Of a DNA stretch of 45,846 nucleotides, positions 1 to 9,600 are shown piece by piece. Positions within the stretch are counted from its first letter, which is position 1; the number at the start of each line of letters is the position of its first letter. A model generated the notes under the pieces. That model ran no database searches. It saw only the letters and a program-made list of their open reading frames with translations, and was not told the DNA's origin. A program made the position numbers and the translations under genes. This stretch comes from Bdellovibrionales bacterium (GTDB taxonomy: Bacteria > Bdellovibrionota > Bdellovibrionia > Bdellovibrionales > Bdellovibrionaceae): positions 1 to 45,846 of the forward strand of contig JANMPT010000016.1 in the NCBI GenBank assembly GCA_031370005.1, given 5' to 3'.

Positions 1-70
1 CGCGGGCCAGACAACGGTGCGGGATCGCTTGCACAGGCTGAAGTCCCACAGAGCCAAATAGGGGGTTCGG

Positions 71-217
71 ATGGATTCGTTTATTAAATGGATGTTTGCA
101 GTGGCATTGAGTCTCGCGGCTACGGGCCAATTGAAGTCTGCGACCTTGGAAATGGCTCAGTTGGCGATTGGGGCTAGCAGCATCAACTTAGCTATGGAAA
201 ATTTAGGAGGATGCTGA
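71..217 (+). CDS. small hypothetical protein (48 aa, hydrophobic N-terminus), possibly frameshifted
   Basis: ATG at 71 after a G-rich RBS-like run; MDSFIKWMFAVALSLAATGQLKSATLEMAQLAIGA...; a -1 frame from about 178 continues QHQLSYGKFRRMLTEH... to TAG at 259-261. Too short for the ORF track. Confidence 0.35.
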   Translation: MDSFIKWMFAVALSLAATGQLKSATLEMAQLAIGASSINLAMENLGGC

Positions 218-233
218 CGGAGCATCCTCCTAA
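203..233. repeat. perfect 13-bp inverted repeat (hairpin)
   Basis: TTAGGAGGATGCT (203-215), loop GACGG, AGCATCCTCCTAA (221-233). Confidence 0.85.
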
Positions 234-265
234 GCCCATGAAATCCTTTGTGAAATTCTAGGCGC

Positions 266-288
266 TTGACTTACATATTTATGTAAGT
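266..288 (+). promoter_or_regulatory. TA promoter -35 overlapped by a palindromic operator
   Basis: TTGACT at 266-271; ACTTACATA-TT-TATGTAAGT palindrome at 269-288, directly upstream of the toxin remnant and XRE antitoxin. Confidence 0.6.
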
Positions 289-312
289 TGCATTTAACAA
301 CAGGAGTTTAGG

Positions 313-460
313 ATGACATGGAAAGTTGACTATGAATCTCATATAAAGGCAGAGATTAAAAATCAGCTCTCCAACGGAACCTTAACCAAAGATGATCTGC
401 AAGCTCTGGCGAAGTGGGTAGACGAGATCGAATCCTATAACTCATAACTATCGAAAGTGA
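313..460 (+). pseudogene. internally deleted RelE/HigB-type toxin
   Basis: RBS AGGAG, ATG at 313: MTWKVDYESHIKAEIKNQLSNGTLTKDDLQALAKWVDEIE, stop at 445-447. The shifted frame 437-460 reads ITHNYRK*, resembling a toxin C-terminus. Toxin-first order with an XRE gene. Confidence 0.55.
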
Positions 461-468
461 GGGCAATT

Positions 469-819
469 ATGTCATCATTCAAAAAACTTCTTCAGGAGCT
501 TGGGGCCACCGAGGCCACGCCCAATGAAACTGTGCGAACTTTCCGCAAGGGTTTGGGCATGACTTTAAAGGAGGCTGAAGAGGTGACGGGAATTCGGGAG
601 TCACACCTGAGCGCCATCGAAAATAGGAAAATTGAAATGACCCAACATTATGCCGAAGTCTTTGCCGTGACCTTCGGGCTTCACCCAACCGTGTTTTTGT
701 ATCCAAACGGAGAGTTTAAAAAATCCAGGGAGCTTGAATCCATTGAGAAAAAAGCAAAGAAATTTATTATTCGTGCCCGACCCGAGACGAGGAACAGCAA
801 GAAAAAACATGCCATCTAA
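469..819 (+). CDS. XRE-family HTH regulator (HigA-like antitoxin)
   Basis: Cro/C1 HTH: FRKGLGMTLKEAEEVTGIRESHLSAIENRK. ATG at 469 after GAGGG. Confidence 0.8.
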   Translation: MSSFKKLLQELGATEATPNETVRTFRKGLGMTLKEAEEVTGIRESHLSAIENRKIEMTQHYAEVFAVTFGLHPTVFLYPNGEFKKSRELESIEKKAKKFIIRARPETRNSKKKHAI

Positions 820-908
820 ATTGCTCGCTCTTCTGGCGGGATTTGGAGCTTAAGAATTTGAGGTGCTCTCTAACTCTAATCGGGTGCCTCGGGTCATTTC
901 GATTTTTC

Positions 909-958
909 TGAATGTTGGCAGCAATGCCAAGGATTTTTAGAGAATCTGCCAACATTCA
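909..958. promoter_or_regulatory. 13-bp perfect inverted repeat upstream of the TIGR02147 gene (putative operator)
   Basis: TGAATGTTGGCAG (909-921), 24-nt spacer, CTGCCAACATTCA (946-958); nested TTGGCA-N4-TGCCAA at 915-930. Confidence 0.55.
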
Positions 959-995
959 CCTTGTATCTCGCCAACGCCATTGCTACACAAACCTT

Positions 996-1847
996 ATGAA
1001 GATGGCAGTGAACCTCTATCAATTTACGGACTACCGAACCTACTTAGTAGCTTATGCACAAGATATGAAGCATAAGCGCAAGCAATGGTCCTATGGAGCC
1101 TGGGCGCGCGTACTAGGGCTTAAATCCACGTCCTCGATAACTAAAATAGTTCAAGGCCAGCGTGAGCCCGGTGAAGAAATAACCGAGCGTCTGATCAAAT
1201 ATTTTGAGTTCTCTGACAAACAGGCGCGTTATTTTCGTGACCTCATTCAGCTTGAAAAAATCAATAGAGATCCCAAACTAAGTGTTCTGCTTATTGAAAA
1301 AATGGGTAAAGAGTATTCTGACTCTTCCATTCGAATTATGGACAACAAGAGCTTTATGACTATCTCTCACTGGTACTACCTCGCTCTGAGAGAACTCTGT
1401 CGAACCAAGACTTTTAAAGAAGATCCTGAATGGATCTCTAGTCGATTTCTTTATAGGGTGACTCCACGAGATATTAGGCAAGCCATTCAAGTTCTGTTGG
1501 ACGTCGGTCTTTTGGCTCGTGAAAAAAACGGCAAACTTTATTTGGCCGAAGGACGAATAGACACGACTACGGACATTTCCTCCGAAGCTATAAAGCGTTA
1601 TCATGAACAAATGTTGGAACATGCCAAAATCGCGGTTCGAGAAACTCCCGTAGAAGAGCGGGAAATAACATCTACTACTTTAGTTATGAGTTCAAAAAAT
1701 ATAGGCATGGCTAAAGAGTTAATTCGCGAATTCAGGCAGAATTTTGAGCGCCTTCTCGAGGAAGATACGGGCGATCGGGTATTTCAAATACAAATACAAC
1801 TTTTTCCACTCACGGTTAAGGAAAATCACAAGGAGTACAAAAAATGA
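996..1847 (+). CDS. TIGR02147 family protein (N-terminal HTH plus DUF4423)
   Basis: Family motifs NLYQFTDYRTYL, WARVLGLKSTSSITKIVQGQR, WYYLALREL, AIKRYHEQML, EREITSTT, QIQLFPLT. Start placed at ATG 996 (or 1002) rather than 912. Confidence 0.85.
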   Translation: MKMAVNLYQFTDYRTYLVAYAQDMKHKRKQWSYGAWARVLGLKSTSSITKIVQGQREPGEEITERLIKYFEFSDKQARYFRDLIQLEKINRDPKLSVLLIEKMGKEYSDSSIRIMDNKSFMTISHWYYLALRELCRTKTFKEDPEWISSRFLYRVTPRDIRQAIQVLLDVGLLAREKNGKLYLAEGRIDTTTDISSEAIKRYHEQMLEHAKIAVRETPVEEREITSTTLVMSSKNIGMAKELIREFRQNFERLLEEDTGDRVFQIQIQLFPLTVKENHKEYKK

Positions 1848-3949
1848 AAAGATATCTAAGCATGTTGCTCTCCGCAGTTATTTGTGCAGGAGTCCCTCTT
1901 TGGGCCTTTGCCGGCGGGTCGGTAGGTAATGGTGGAGATGGAATTGTCTGTAGGAGCGGCACTAAGCCGGAAGTTGAAACTTTAGATCTTTATGAAGCCA
2001 GAACCATGAGAGGCATTACTGCCGAACTGGGTGGACCTCAGCTTAGTTGGAGAGACAAATTAGACATCGCACTGACTCGTCTGGAAAAAATCGATCACTT
2101 TAGGGCAGCCCACTATCAAGACAGATTAAATACTTTTTTAAGTGAAGCTTCCTTTATTCCGGGTATTAAGCTCATTGACATCCCAGACTCGCAGCAAGTG
2201 ATACTTCCATCACAGTGCACGATTGAGCAGGTAGCCATTCAGAAGCCACCACAATTTCCAGGAGATGCTTACTACGTTGTCAATAAAGACCTCTGGGATC
2301 TTATGAGTACGGATAATCAGGCGGCGCTCGTATTGCATGAAATTGTCTATCGGGAAGCCATTGAGTTTGGCCATCAAAACTCGATATCGGCTCGTTATTT
2401 TAATTCATTAGTATTGTCCAATCGTTTTGATAAAATAGCTCTCAATGATTATATTCATCTCCTATATCGGTTGCCATTTGGGACTGCCACAGTCCGAGGA
2501 GTTGAGGCCGCATTGTTTGTGCCAACTTCTGGTGGTGGCTTGAACTTCAGTGAAAGCCTTGAAGATCAGTTCAATCCTAATGTCTTGCCGGAATCGCTTT
2601 ACGTTTACCGGGACAGTCGATTACAAGTGAGTTCAAATTGGCTCAATGTTGCTGGAAATTCACAGATTTCATTTTTTTCTAATGGAAATGTGAAGTCGGC
2701 AGCCGTGGTTTTGGGCCAGTGGTCTCAGAATCAAAATACATACTTTCTCAGTGGAAACACGAAATTCTTTGACAACGGCCGGCTTGACGCGATCCATCTG
2801 GCTCAGCCGCAGATTGTAAGTTTGCCAAAAAGGAGCGCTTCTTTATCTGTCGAATCGGGATCAGGTGTGACCTTCTTTGCGTCTAATGGCGACATTAAAG
2901 AGATAGATCATGTTCGTGACGGTAGTATCCAGCAAAATGGAATTACTTATACAAATCTCTATGGTGCGATCTCATTTTATGAGAGTCAGATTATAAATTA
3001 TTTGAGTACGAAGACCTCTGTTGCCGTTACAACGCCATGGCTGAGCCTGCAGACCCTACCGCAAACACCCATATTCTTTTACCCAAATGGCGAATACAAC
3101 TCTATGACCGTTCAGACGGGTAAGGCACATTTGGCAAATCAAAAACCAGGACAATTTTTTAATTTAGCTCCAAAAGAAACACTTGTGCTTAACCCCAACA
3201 AAAGCGTGAACACCTTGAGGGTGACTCAGGGGGACTTGGAGCTGGACGGAATTCAGTATTCTTTGGTTTCTGTTTCTACCGAAATACAAATCAACGGCGC
3301 AGGGGTGGTTCTTAGTTTGTCTATGGCAAATGGAGAATTTACTTTAAAGCAGCAGGCTATTAGTCTATCGACGCGCGGGAAAATGGACTATGTTTTAACC
3401 ACCAGCGGAAACAGAACATTCTATAAGTATAAGTATGGGTATATAACTGGGGTTAACCTTTTAGTAGCGGGTGTCCAACTTCCCGTAAATGAAATGGATT
3501 CTTTTTCATTTTCTCCCGACTCGGTCTCAATCAAACTTTCACGACAAAATGACGCCGTTCGCGAGGACGGTTCGCCCTATGAGCTGCACGGCTATGTCGA
3601 ACTTTCTGGTGTAATTTCACCGCCGACTGGATATAAATTTGTAAGATGCTCTGATGAAATCAGGTTTTATAACAATGGAAAGATTCAATACTGTGCGGTG
3701 ATATACAATCCACGTGGAAAACCTTTTCCTGTCACTATGCTGACCCCTCAGGGGCCACGAGACTTCGCAGTAGAGTGGAACTATTCGCCTCAACATCAGT
3801 TCCCAGAATTTTTCTTTTTCGACAACGGGCAGGTAAAAAAAGGTACTCTTGGAAGACAAGCAACATTTATTGATGTTAACGGTGCAACCGTTATCAAAAA
3901 TGCAGATGAAGTGGTTGAGTTTGATGGAAATGGTAAATTACTTCGATAA
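1844..3949 (+). CDS. large secreted hypothetical protein: GNGG N-terminal domain plus beta-rich F(F/Y)xNG repeats
   Basis: Signal peptide ending AFA; GGSVGNGGD; LDLYE; AALVLHEIVY; repeated FFSNG, FFDNG, FYPNG, FYNNG, FDGNG. ATGA overlap with the upstream gene. Confidence 0.75.
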   Translation: MKRYLSMLLSAVICAGVPLWAFAGGSVGNGGDGIVCRSGTKPEVETLDLYEARTMRGITAELGGPQLSWRDKLDIALTRLEKIDHFRAAHYQDRLNTFLSEASFIPGIKLIDIPDSQQVILPSQCTIEQVAIQKPPQFPGDAYYVVNKDLWDLMSTDNQAALVLHEIVYREAIEFGHQNSISARYFNSLVLSNRFDKIALNDYIHLLYRLPFGTATVRGVEAALFVPTSGGGLNFSESLEDQFNPNVLPESLYVYRDSRLQVSSNWLNVAGNSQISFFSNGNVKSAAVVLGQWSQNQNTYFLSGNTKFFDNGRLDAIHLAQPQIVSLPKRSASLSVESGSGVTFFASNGDIKEIDHVRDGSIQQNGITYTNLYGAISFYESQIINYLSTKTSVAVTTPWLSLQTLPQTPIFFYPNGEYNSMTVQTGKAHLANQKPGQFFNLAPKETLVLNPNKSVNTLRVTQGDLELDGIQYSLVSVSTEIQINGAGVVLSLSMANGEFTLKQQAISLSTRGKMDYVLTTSGNRTFYKYKYGYITGVNLLVAGVQLPVNEMDSFSFSPDSVSIKLSRQNDAVREDGSPYELHGYVELSGVISPPTGYKFVRCSDEIRFYNNGKIQYCAVIYNPRGKPFPVTMLTPQGPRDFAVEWNYSPQHQFPEFFFFDNGQVKKGTLGRQATFIDVNGATVIKNADEVVEFDGNGKLLR

Positions 3950-4051
3950 AAGGCAAGCGGGAAAAATTTGCGGAAAAAGAATAGATGAGTTTCGAATAGC
4001 TTGCATGCAGTTTTGGCCCGCCCATCGTTAGTTTTGTTTCAAAATCTCTAG

Positions 4052-4088
4052 AAAAAAAGCCAAGGTGAGATAAAAAACGCCTTGGCTT
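4052..4088 (-). terminator. putative intrinsic terminator
   Basis: Stem AAGCCAAGGTG (4057-4067) / CGCCTTGGCTT (4078-4088); the A-run at 4052-4058 gives a U-tail on the minus strand. Confidence 0.4.
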
Positions 4089-4369
4089 GTCAGTTGCTTG
4101 GAAATTGAGTCTGATTTTCATAATCTGGGCATCGGAACATTGCAGGTTGAAGTAAGCCGGGCCGACGCCATCATTTCATGGAACTTTAAGCATATGTTAA
4201 GAAGCTGATGACTGACAAATCAGCGCGCGGACGCCTTGAGATTTCTGATCCTAAATTGGCGGCTTGGTCTAACGATGTAATCGCGCACACTAAAAAAATG
4301 AAGGTCAGTTAGCTCGGTTTTTATACCGCCTACCTAAAATGACCTAACTATTCGAAATAATTGAAAATT

Positions 4370-4446
<77 letters not shown>

Positions 4447-4508
4447 ACGGCCTCAAGGAAACGGCGCGTTGCGCGGTTGCTTGTGTTCCATTTCTTTTGA
4501 GTGAAACT

Positions 4509-4537
4509 TTTTTAGCGATCTGTGACGCTTATGTCAA
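4509..4537 (-). promoter_or_regulatory. sigma70-type promoter for the tRNA
   Basis: Minus strand TTGACA-17 nt-TAAAAA, about 60 nt upstream of the tRNA 5' end. Confidence 0.5.
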
Positions 4538-4641
4538 ACACAAAAAGCTAGCATTCTAGCCTTTCGTATTGACTAGGGCACCCTATCTAAAATGCAATTG
4601 GAATTTGAAGCTTGTCCATAACTGAAAGGGGATCCCTCATT

Positions 4642-6117
4642 ATGTTTATGAATCTTCGAACTCAACTCAGAGGTATTGTGCTCGCAGCAGCACTGGTATC
4701 CATTGGTCTCGTCGGCTGTACTCCGGATAAATCAACCACGCTAAACAATGATAAATTAGGTGGCTTTGCGGAGACAACGAATGTCACAGGTTTGAATGTT
4801 GTAGGTGAGGATCTTCAACCGCTGGCCGGGGCAAAAATTCTAATTGGGACTGAGCTCAATACTCCATTCACTAATAACTATTTGGTGGCCGATATCTTAG
4901 GTCGCATCGATCTTCCCACAGCTTGGATGGATGCTCAGCCTGTGACTATTGAAGCCCCAGGTTATGTTAGAGCTACTTATTATGCTCAAACTCCTGGCGA
5001 TCACATTTATCGCTTGCGTAAAAAAAGCAATATTGGCACGACTCAGTATGAAGTGAAGGGCGTGACCACAGGCCATAATATCGCTGATCATGATGGCTAT
5101 ATTGATTTTGGCCTCGTAATACCAGCAATGACTCGCAATGACTTCTTGAGCTTCAATATTGATTCTGTGATTAGCCCTCAATATGACAGGATCACTATTT
5201 TGGGTCAAGATGCTGATATTCCGAGCAATATTACTTTTCCAAAGCAAAAAGAGTCTTATATTTTGCCAGTGACTGTTAGCAAACCCGGCTATCGCGTTTA
5301 TTTTTCAGATGGCGGAGTTCAAAAAGTTTTTGCGGCCCGCGGTCGTTTTCCATTCAAAGAAGTTGTTGATAAGCTCCGCAACAGAGCTCCTTTCTATGAG
5401 ATTGTAAATGATTTCACTATCTCTGGTGGAGGAGTCAAAGATCTCAATCTGACAGCTGCCAGCTCGCAAGTGGATCTTTCAGTGAAAGACTTAGACTTCA
5501 AAAACAAAGTGATGGTCACGGCTCCTGCAATTAGCGGGGATGAAACTTTGATGGTCGTGGGTATGGCTCATATGGCCGAGTACATGATTCCGACCGACGT
5601 AAAGGCCCTTAAATCTAGACAAAAACTAGGAATCAGCATGTTGGATGCAAATGGTTCCGTGTTTTCAATTCTTAAAAAAACCAAGGATATGGAGTCCAAT
5701 GACCCAGGAGCAGACCGTTTAAGCGCTGTTTTGGTTCCGGCCGGCACGGGGGCCTCTCCTGAATTCTTGCCAATTCTGGCAGATCCTAGCCTGGCGAGCA
5801 ATGGCGACATGCTTGTGCCAAAAATGCTACCAATTGCTGGCGTGAATGCTGTTGCGACCTATGCCGTGATTTCACAGGTTCAGCAGGTTCTACAGGGAGC
5901 ACAAAAAGTGAAGGTCAATAGCAGCTATTGGGAGATGTATGCTCCCAACTGGCTGGAAGTAATTAATTTGCCAAAATGGCCAGAGGGCAATCACCTGACT
6001 GGAAAAAAGCATTGGGAAATTAACTTGATTGGCAGCCTCACTGTTTCTCAAGTTGATCTCGGACCCGCAATGATTAATAATGCTACCCATGTCACGCATT
6101 CTTCTTTGGATTTCTAG
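4642..6117 (+). CDS. lipoprotein, hypothetical (N-terminal carboxypeptidase-regulatory-like beta domain)
   Basis: Lipobox LVGC; VVGEDLQPLAGAKILIG...VTIEAPGY pattern; ATG at 4642 after AAGGGG. Confidence 0.7.
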   Translation: MFMNLRTQLRGIVLAAALVSIGLVGCTPDKSTTLNNDKLGGFAETTNVTGLNVVGEDLQPLAGAKILIGTELNTPFTNNYLVADILGRIDLPTAWMDAQPVTIEAPGYVRATYYAQTPGDHIYRLRKKSNIGTTQYEVKGVTTGHNIADHDGYIDFGLVIPAMTRNDFLSFNIDSVISPQYDRITILGQDADIPSNITFPKQKESYILPVTVSKPGYRVYFSDGGVQKVFAARGRFPFKEVVDKLRNRAPFYEIVNDFTISGGGVKDLNLTAASSQVDLSVKDLDFKNKVMVTAPAISGDETLMVVGMAHMAEYMIPTDVKALKSRQKLGISMLDANGSVFSILKKTKDMESNDPGADRLSAVLVPAGTGASPEFLPILADPSLASNGDMLVPKMLPIAGVNAVATYAVISQVQQVLQGAQKVKVNSSYWEMYAPNWLEVINLPKWPEGNHLTGKKHWEINLIGSLTVSQVDLGPAMINNATHVTHSSLDF

Positions 6118-6592
6118 CTTTATTCTTATATGTTTTGTCTTTATCGAGTCTGGTTGCAGTCTTTTCGACAGGCAGCCAGACCCGGAAAATGCTATTCTAA
6201 AGCAATCCATTCATCAAAAAGTTTTCTTCGCCCCTTATGACAGCGTATGGAAAGCGGCTCATACTTCGATTAGGTATCCTATTGCAGTTGAAAATCAAGA
6301 CACTGGTTATTTAGAAACAGAATACATCAAAGGAGTGGATGGTTTTTTGCCTCCAGAGGTTTCTAAGCCACCATCAGCGGGTATTCGCTATAAATTAGTT
6401 TTTAATTTTGCAAAGGGAAAAACTGAAGGCAGGGAGTCTACTCGAGTCACTATAGAGAAGAAAATTGAAAGACTGCGTGATTTCTTCTCAGAAGCAGATA
6501 GCTTGGCATCAGATGGCCTTGAGGAAAAGGCGCTCTTTTATCGTATTGAACGCGAAATTGTAATCGATTCAGCACTTAAAAACGCTCAATAG
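6080..6592 (+). CDS. outer-membrane lipoprotein, BamC-like helix-grip domain
   Basis: Hydrophobic leader plus SGC; APYDSVWKAA...I...NQDTGYLETEY pattern. Start may be 6089. Confidence 0.6.
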   Translation: MLPMSRILLWISSFILICFVFIESGCSLFDRQPDPENAILKQSIHQKVFFAPYDSVWKAAHTSIRYPIAVENQDTGYLETEYIKGVDGFLPPEVSKPPSAGIRYKLVFNFAKGKTEGRESTRVTIEKKIERLRDFFSEADSLASDGLEEKALFYRIEREIVIDSALKNAQ

Positions 6593-6619
6593 AATAAATG
6601 TTCAAGAATAGTAGACAGC

Positions 6620-9600
6620 TCACTCGTCGCGCAGTGCCTCAGGTGTAAAGTCGGAAGTTTTTAGATTTTGATCAACTTTAATTTTAGATAGAGAAATTTC
6701 AGTGGCGCGATTATTTTGCATATTGTGGATCATTATTTTTCTTGCGCGCCATTTCCCAGTGCCAACTTTTATATAGTCACTGAAGTCGATGACTTTTAAT
6801 AACTTACCCTGTTTATCATAGCATTCCGTCTTGCTGGGCAGATACTCATTGGCCGAAATATAGCTAATAATCTTTGAATAATTTGCTGATGTTTGATTTA
6901 CGTCACTTTCGACCACAAAATATTTTTGATTTTCAATTTTTATTTCTTTTTTGAGAACGTTTTTAATACTGCTATCTACATTGATGTTGAAATCTTCAGT
7001 ATTCAGTTCTGAGCCTAAGATAGAGTTTGATTCGTGCGAAGAGGGTGCCAGTCGGCGAATTTGTTTGCTCGAAGGAAGGTAAAGCCATTTTTCCTCTTTG
7101 CCGTTTCTGTACGTTGCCAGCAATGAGGTTCCCTTAAGATCTTTCGGACTTTCCATATGTACCAGCACATAGTGTTCTTTCTTGGAAGGGCTGAGTCGCA
7201 GAATCTTCATACCACGCACTTTAAAACTCTCATCTGCCTCGATAATTTTCATCGAGGCATCGAATTCCTCATCTTTTGCGCTCATGCGGCTAGCAATTTC
7301 TTGAGTGATCTTGGAAATATCAATCGGAGCGAGGTTTGCGCGTGAGAAGCTTTGTGGCCCCAAGAGTATAAATAAAAATCCAAACATTGAAAGACCAAGC
7401 ACAAGTTTCTCCTTTCCTGTTTTATTCATTTTCGGTGTTGAAAGCAGCCAAGGACAGCTTTTTAGGAGTGTTGGAAGAAGAATCAAATCCCCGATAAGTC
7501 CTGCTAACATGGTTAAGACCATATAAAACCCAAAAGTTCTGTTCATTGCGAAATATGAGATAAGAAATACCGATAATCCTGCAAGTAAAGTTAAACTTGA
7601 TATGAGACAGGGGTTGCCCTCAAGCCAAAGGGCTTTTTCCACATTTAAGCGATTGATAGGGCTATTTTTTTGTATGCTTCTTAACCTTTCGAGAAAGTAA
7701 ACGGTATTGTTAAATGCCAGTCCCAAGGCGATCGAAAAAATAATCGCAATACTTGGTTTTATTGGAGTTTGTGAAATGGCAAGAAATCCTAAGAGGACTG
7801 CCGGAGGAACAAGGTTCGGAATGCAAGCAAGTATCGACCATCGTACGGAGCGAAATACAAAAATTAAAATCACGAAGATAGCAAACATTGACTGCCAGAA
7901 TCCATAGATGAGTTCTTTTGAAAGCTGATTGTTAAGCGTGTGAATAGTAGAGCCCATTCCAGTGGCATTAACTTTAAACTCTGGAAAAAACTTCTGGGCC
8001 TTGCTTTTAAGCTTTTCAATTAGCAAAAAGACTTCATCAGATGGAAGATCTCTCGTTCGAATTGCTATGCGGGTTTTAGAAGAGTCTGTACTTAGATAGT
8101 TTTTAAGCGGGCTTTGGTCGGAAAGCGAATGCAAAAATATAATCTCCGCTGTTGCGGCCCTGCTTGTTGGCAAGCGATTGCGGGTGAGGCTTGAGGCTGC
8201 AATTAAATCAGAAAGACCTACAACGCTGCCTACACCCGGATAACTGCGATAGTGATGAATAAGCTTATCCAGTTGACTCAGCAGCTGTGGGTCGCTCCAT
8301 ATGTCTTTAGTGCCACGTAGTTCTATATCAATAGGAATCATTCCTCCAAGCTTATGATCAATCAGCTCTGTGGAGTTTCGCACCTGATGATTAGTTGGTA
8401 AATCATCAAAAAGTCTTGCGGTCCAAGAAAGTGTTTGGCCTTTTATGGCTAGAGCCACGGAAACTGCGATGATAAGAAAGGCCACTGCACCACTTTTATG
8501 GAAGAAGTATAAACTCCAGCGGGCCTTTGCCCAGGCCCATTTACGAGCTCGCGGTTTTGGCAAAAGAATTAAAAGCGGAACTAAAAGAATATTGGTAACA
8601 ATCCAGCAAATAAAAATTGCCATAGCGACAGTAAAGCCAAAGTCTCTGATTATTGGCACTTTGGTGGTGGCAAGACTCAGAAATCCAATCATCGGAGTTA
8701 GAGCTGCTAAGAAGTTCGCACTTAGCAAGGATTTCATGGTTTTAAGAATTAATTTGTAGTGGCTAGTTGAAGATTCCAGCCTGTCTTCTTCCACCAGACG
8801 AAGCATCGAGTGAATGCATAAAGACATGACCGTAACAGTTGCCAGAATAGGAATCATGGTAGAAAGCACAGTGAAGGTATAGCCAAAAACTGCCATAGCA
8901 GCCAAGATCATAAGATTTGCGACTACGGTAATGATAAAGGAAATAAGTACCGGAGTAATATTGCTAAAAACAATCGATAGTACGATGAGGCAAGCCAAAA
9001 ATCCAAGCCCCACGAAATTACGGATCTCACTTTGGAGAAGTGTACTGATATCGGACTGCACTGCCGGGGAGCCGCCGATTTCTACTTTAGCAAAGGGCAG
9101 ATCCCTTTGTACGGTAGTTTCGATGTGGGATTTCAGACCTTGTAGGTCCGCTGCTGAAATTTCATTAATGTTGATAATCACAGAGACGGTTTTAGCGTCT
9201 CTAGAGATCAAAGCTGGGGTGAGTATACTATTCTTAAGAACTTGTTCCTGCCACTTCCCCGTTGGAATGCTTTTAAGCAAGGGACCTATGCTAAGACCCT
9301 CTCTGGAGCTAATAGCACCTTCTACCGTTGCAAGGCTTAAAGAGTTTTTGACCCCAGCAATTTTACTTAGATCCTCAGTTGTTTGTTTGAGTGCTTGAAT
9401 TTTTTCCGCTTCCAACCAGCTTTGTTTGTCGCCAAAAATTTGTAAGGTGGCAATAAATGGCTGCAAGTCAGATATTTGAAAAGTTTTTTTTGTTTTTGCA
9501 TCCAGTGCCAGAAGTGAGTTTTGTTTGGGTAGAAATTGACTCAAAGAATACTGAGTTTGTAATTTCGAAAAGCAAAAGGCGCTCAAAACTGTCAATACGC

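Noticed and set aside
1..87. Open frame RGPDNGAGSLAQAEVPQSQIGGSDGFVY* at the window edge
   Set aside because: May be the end of an upstream gene, but it is too short and has no recognisable motif.
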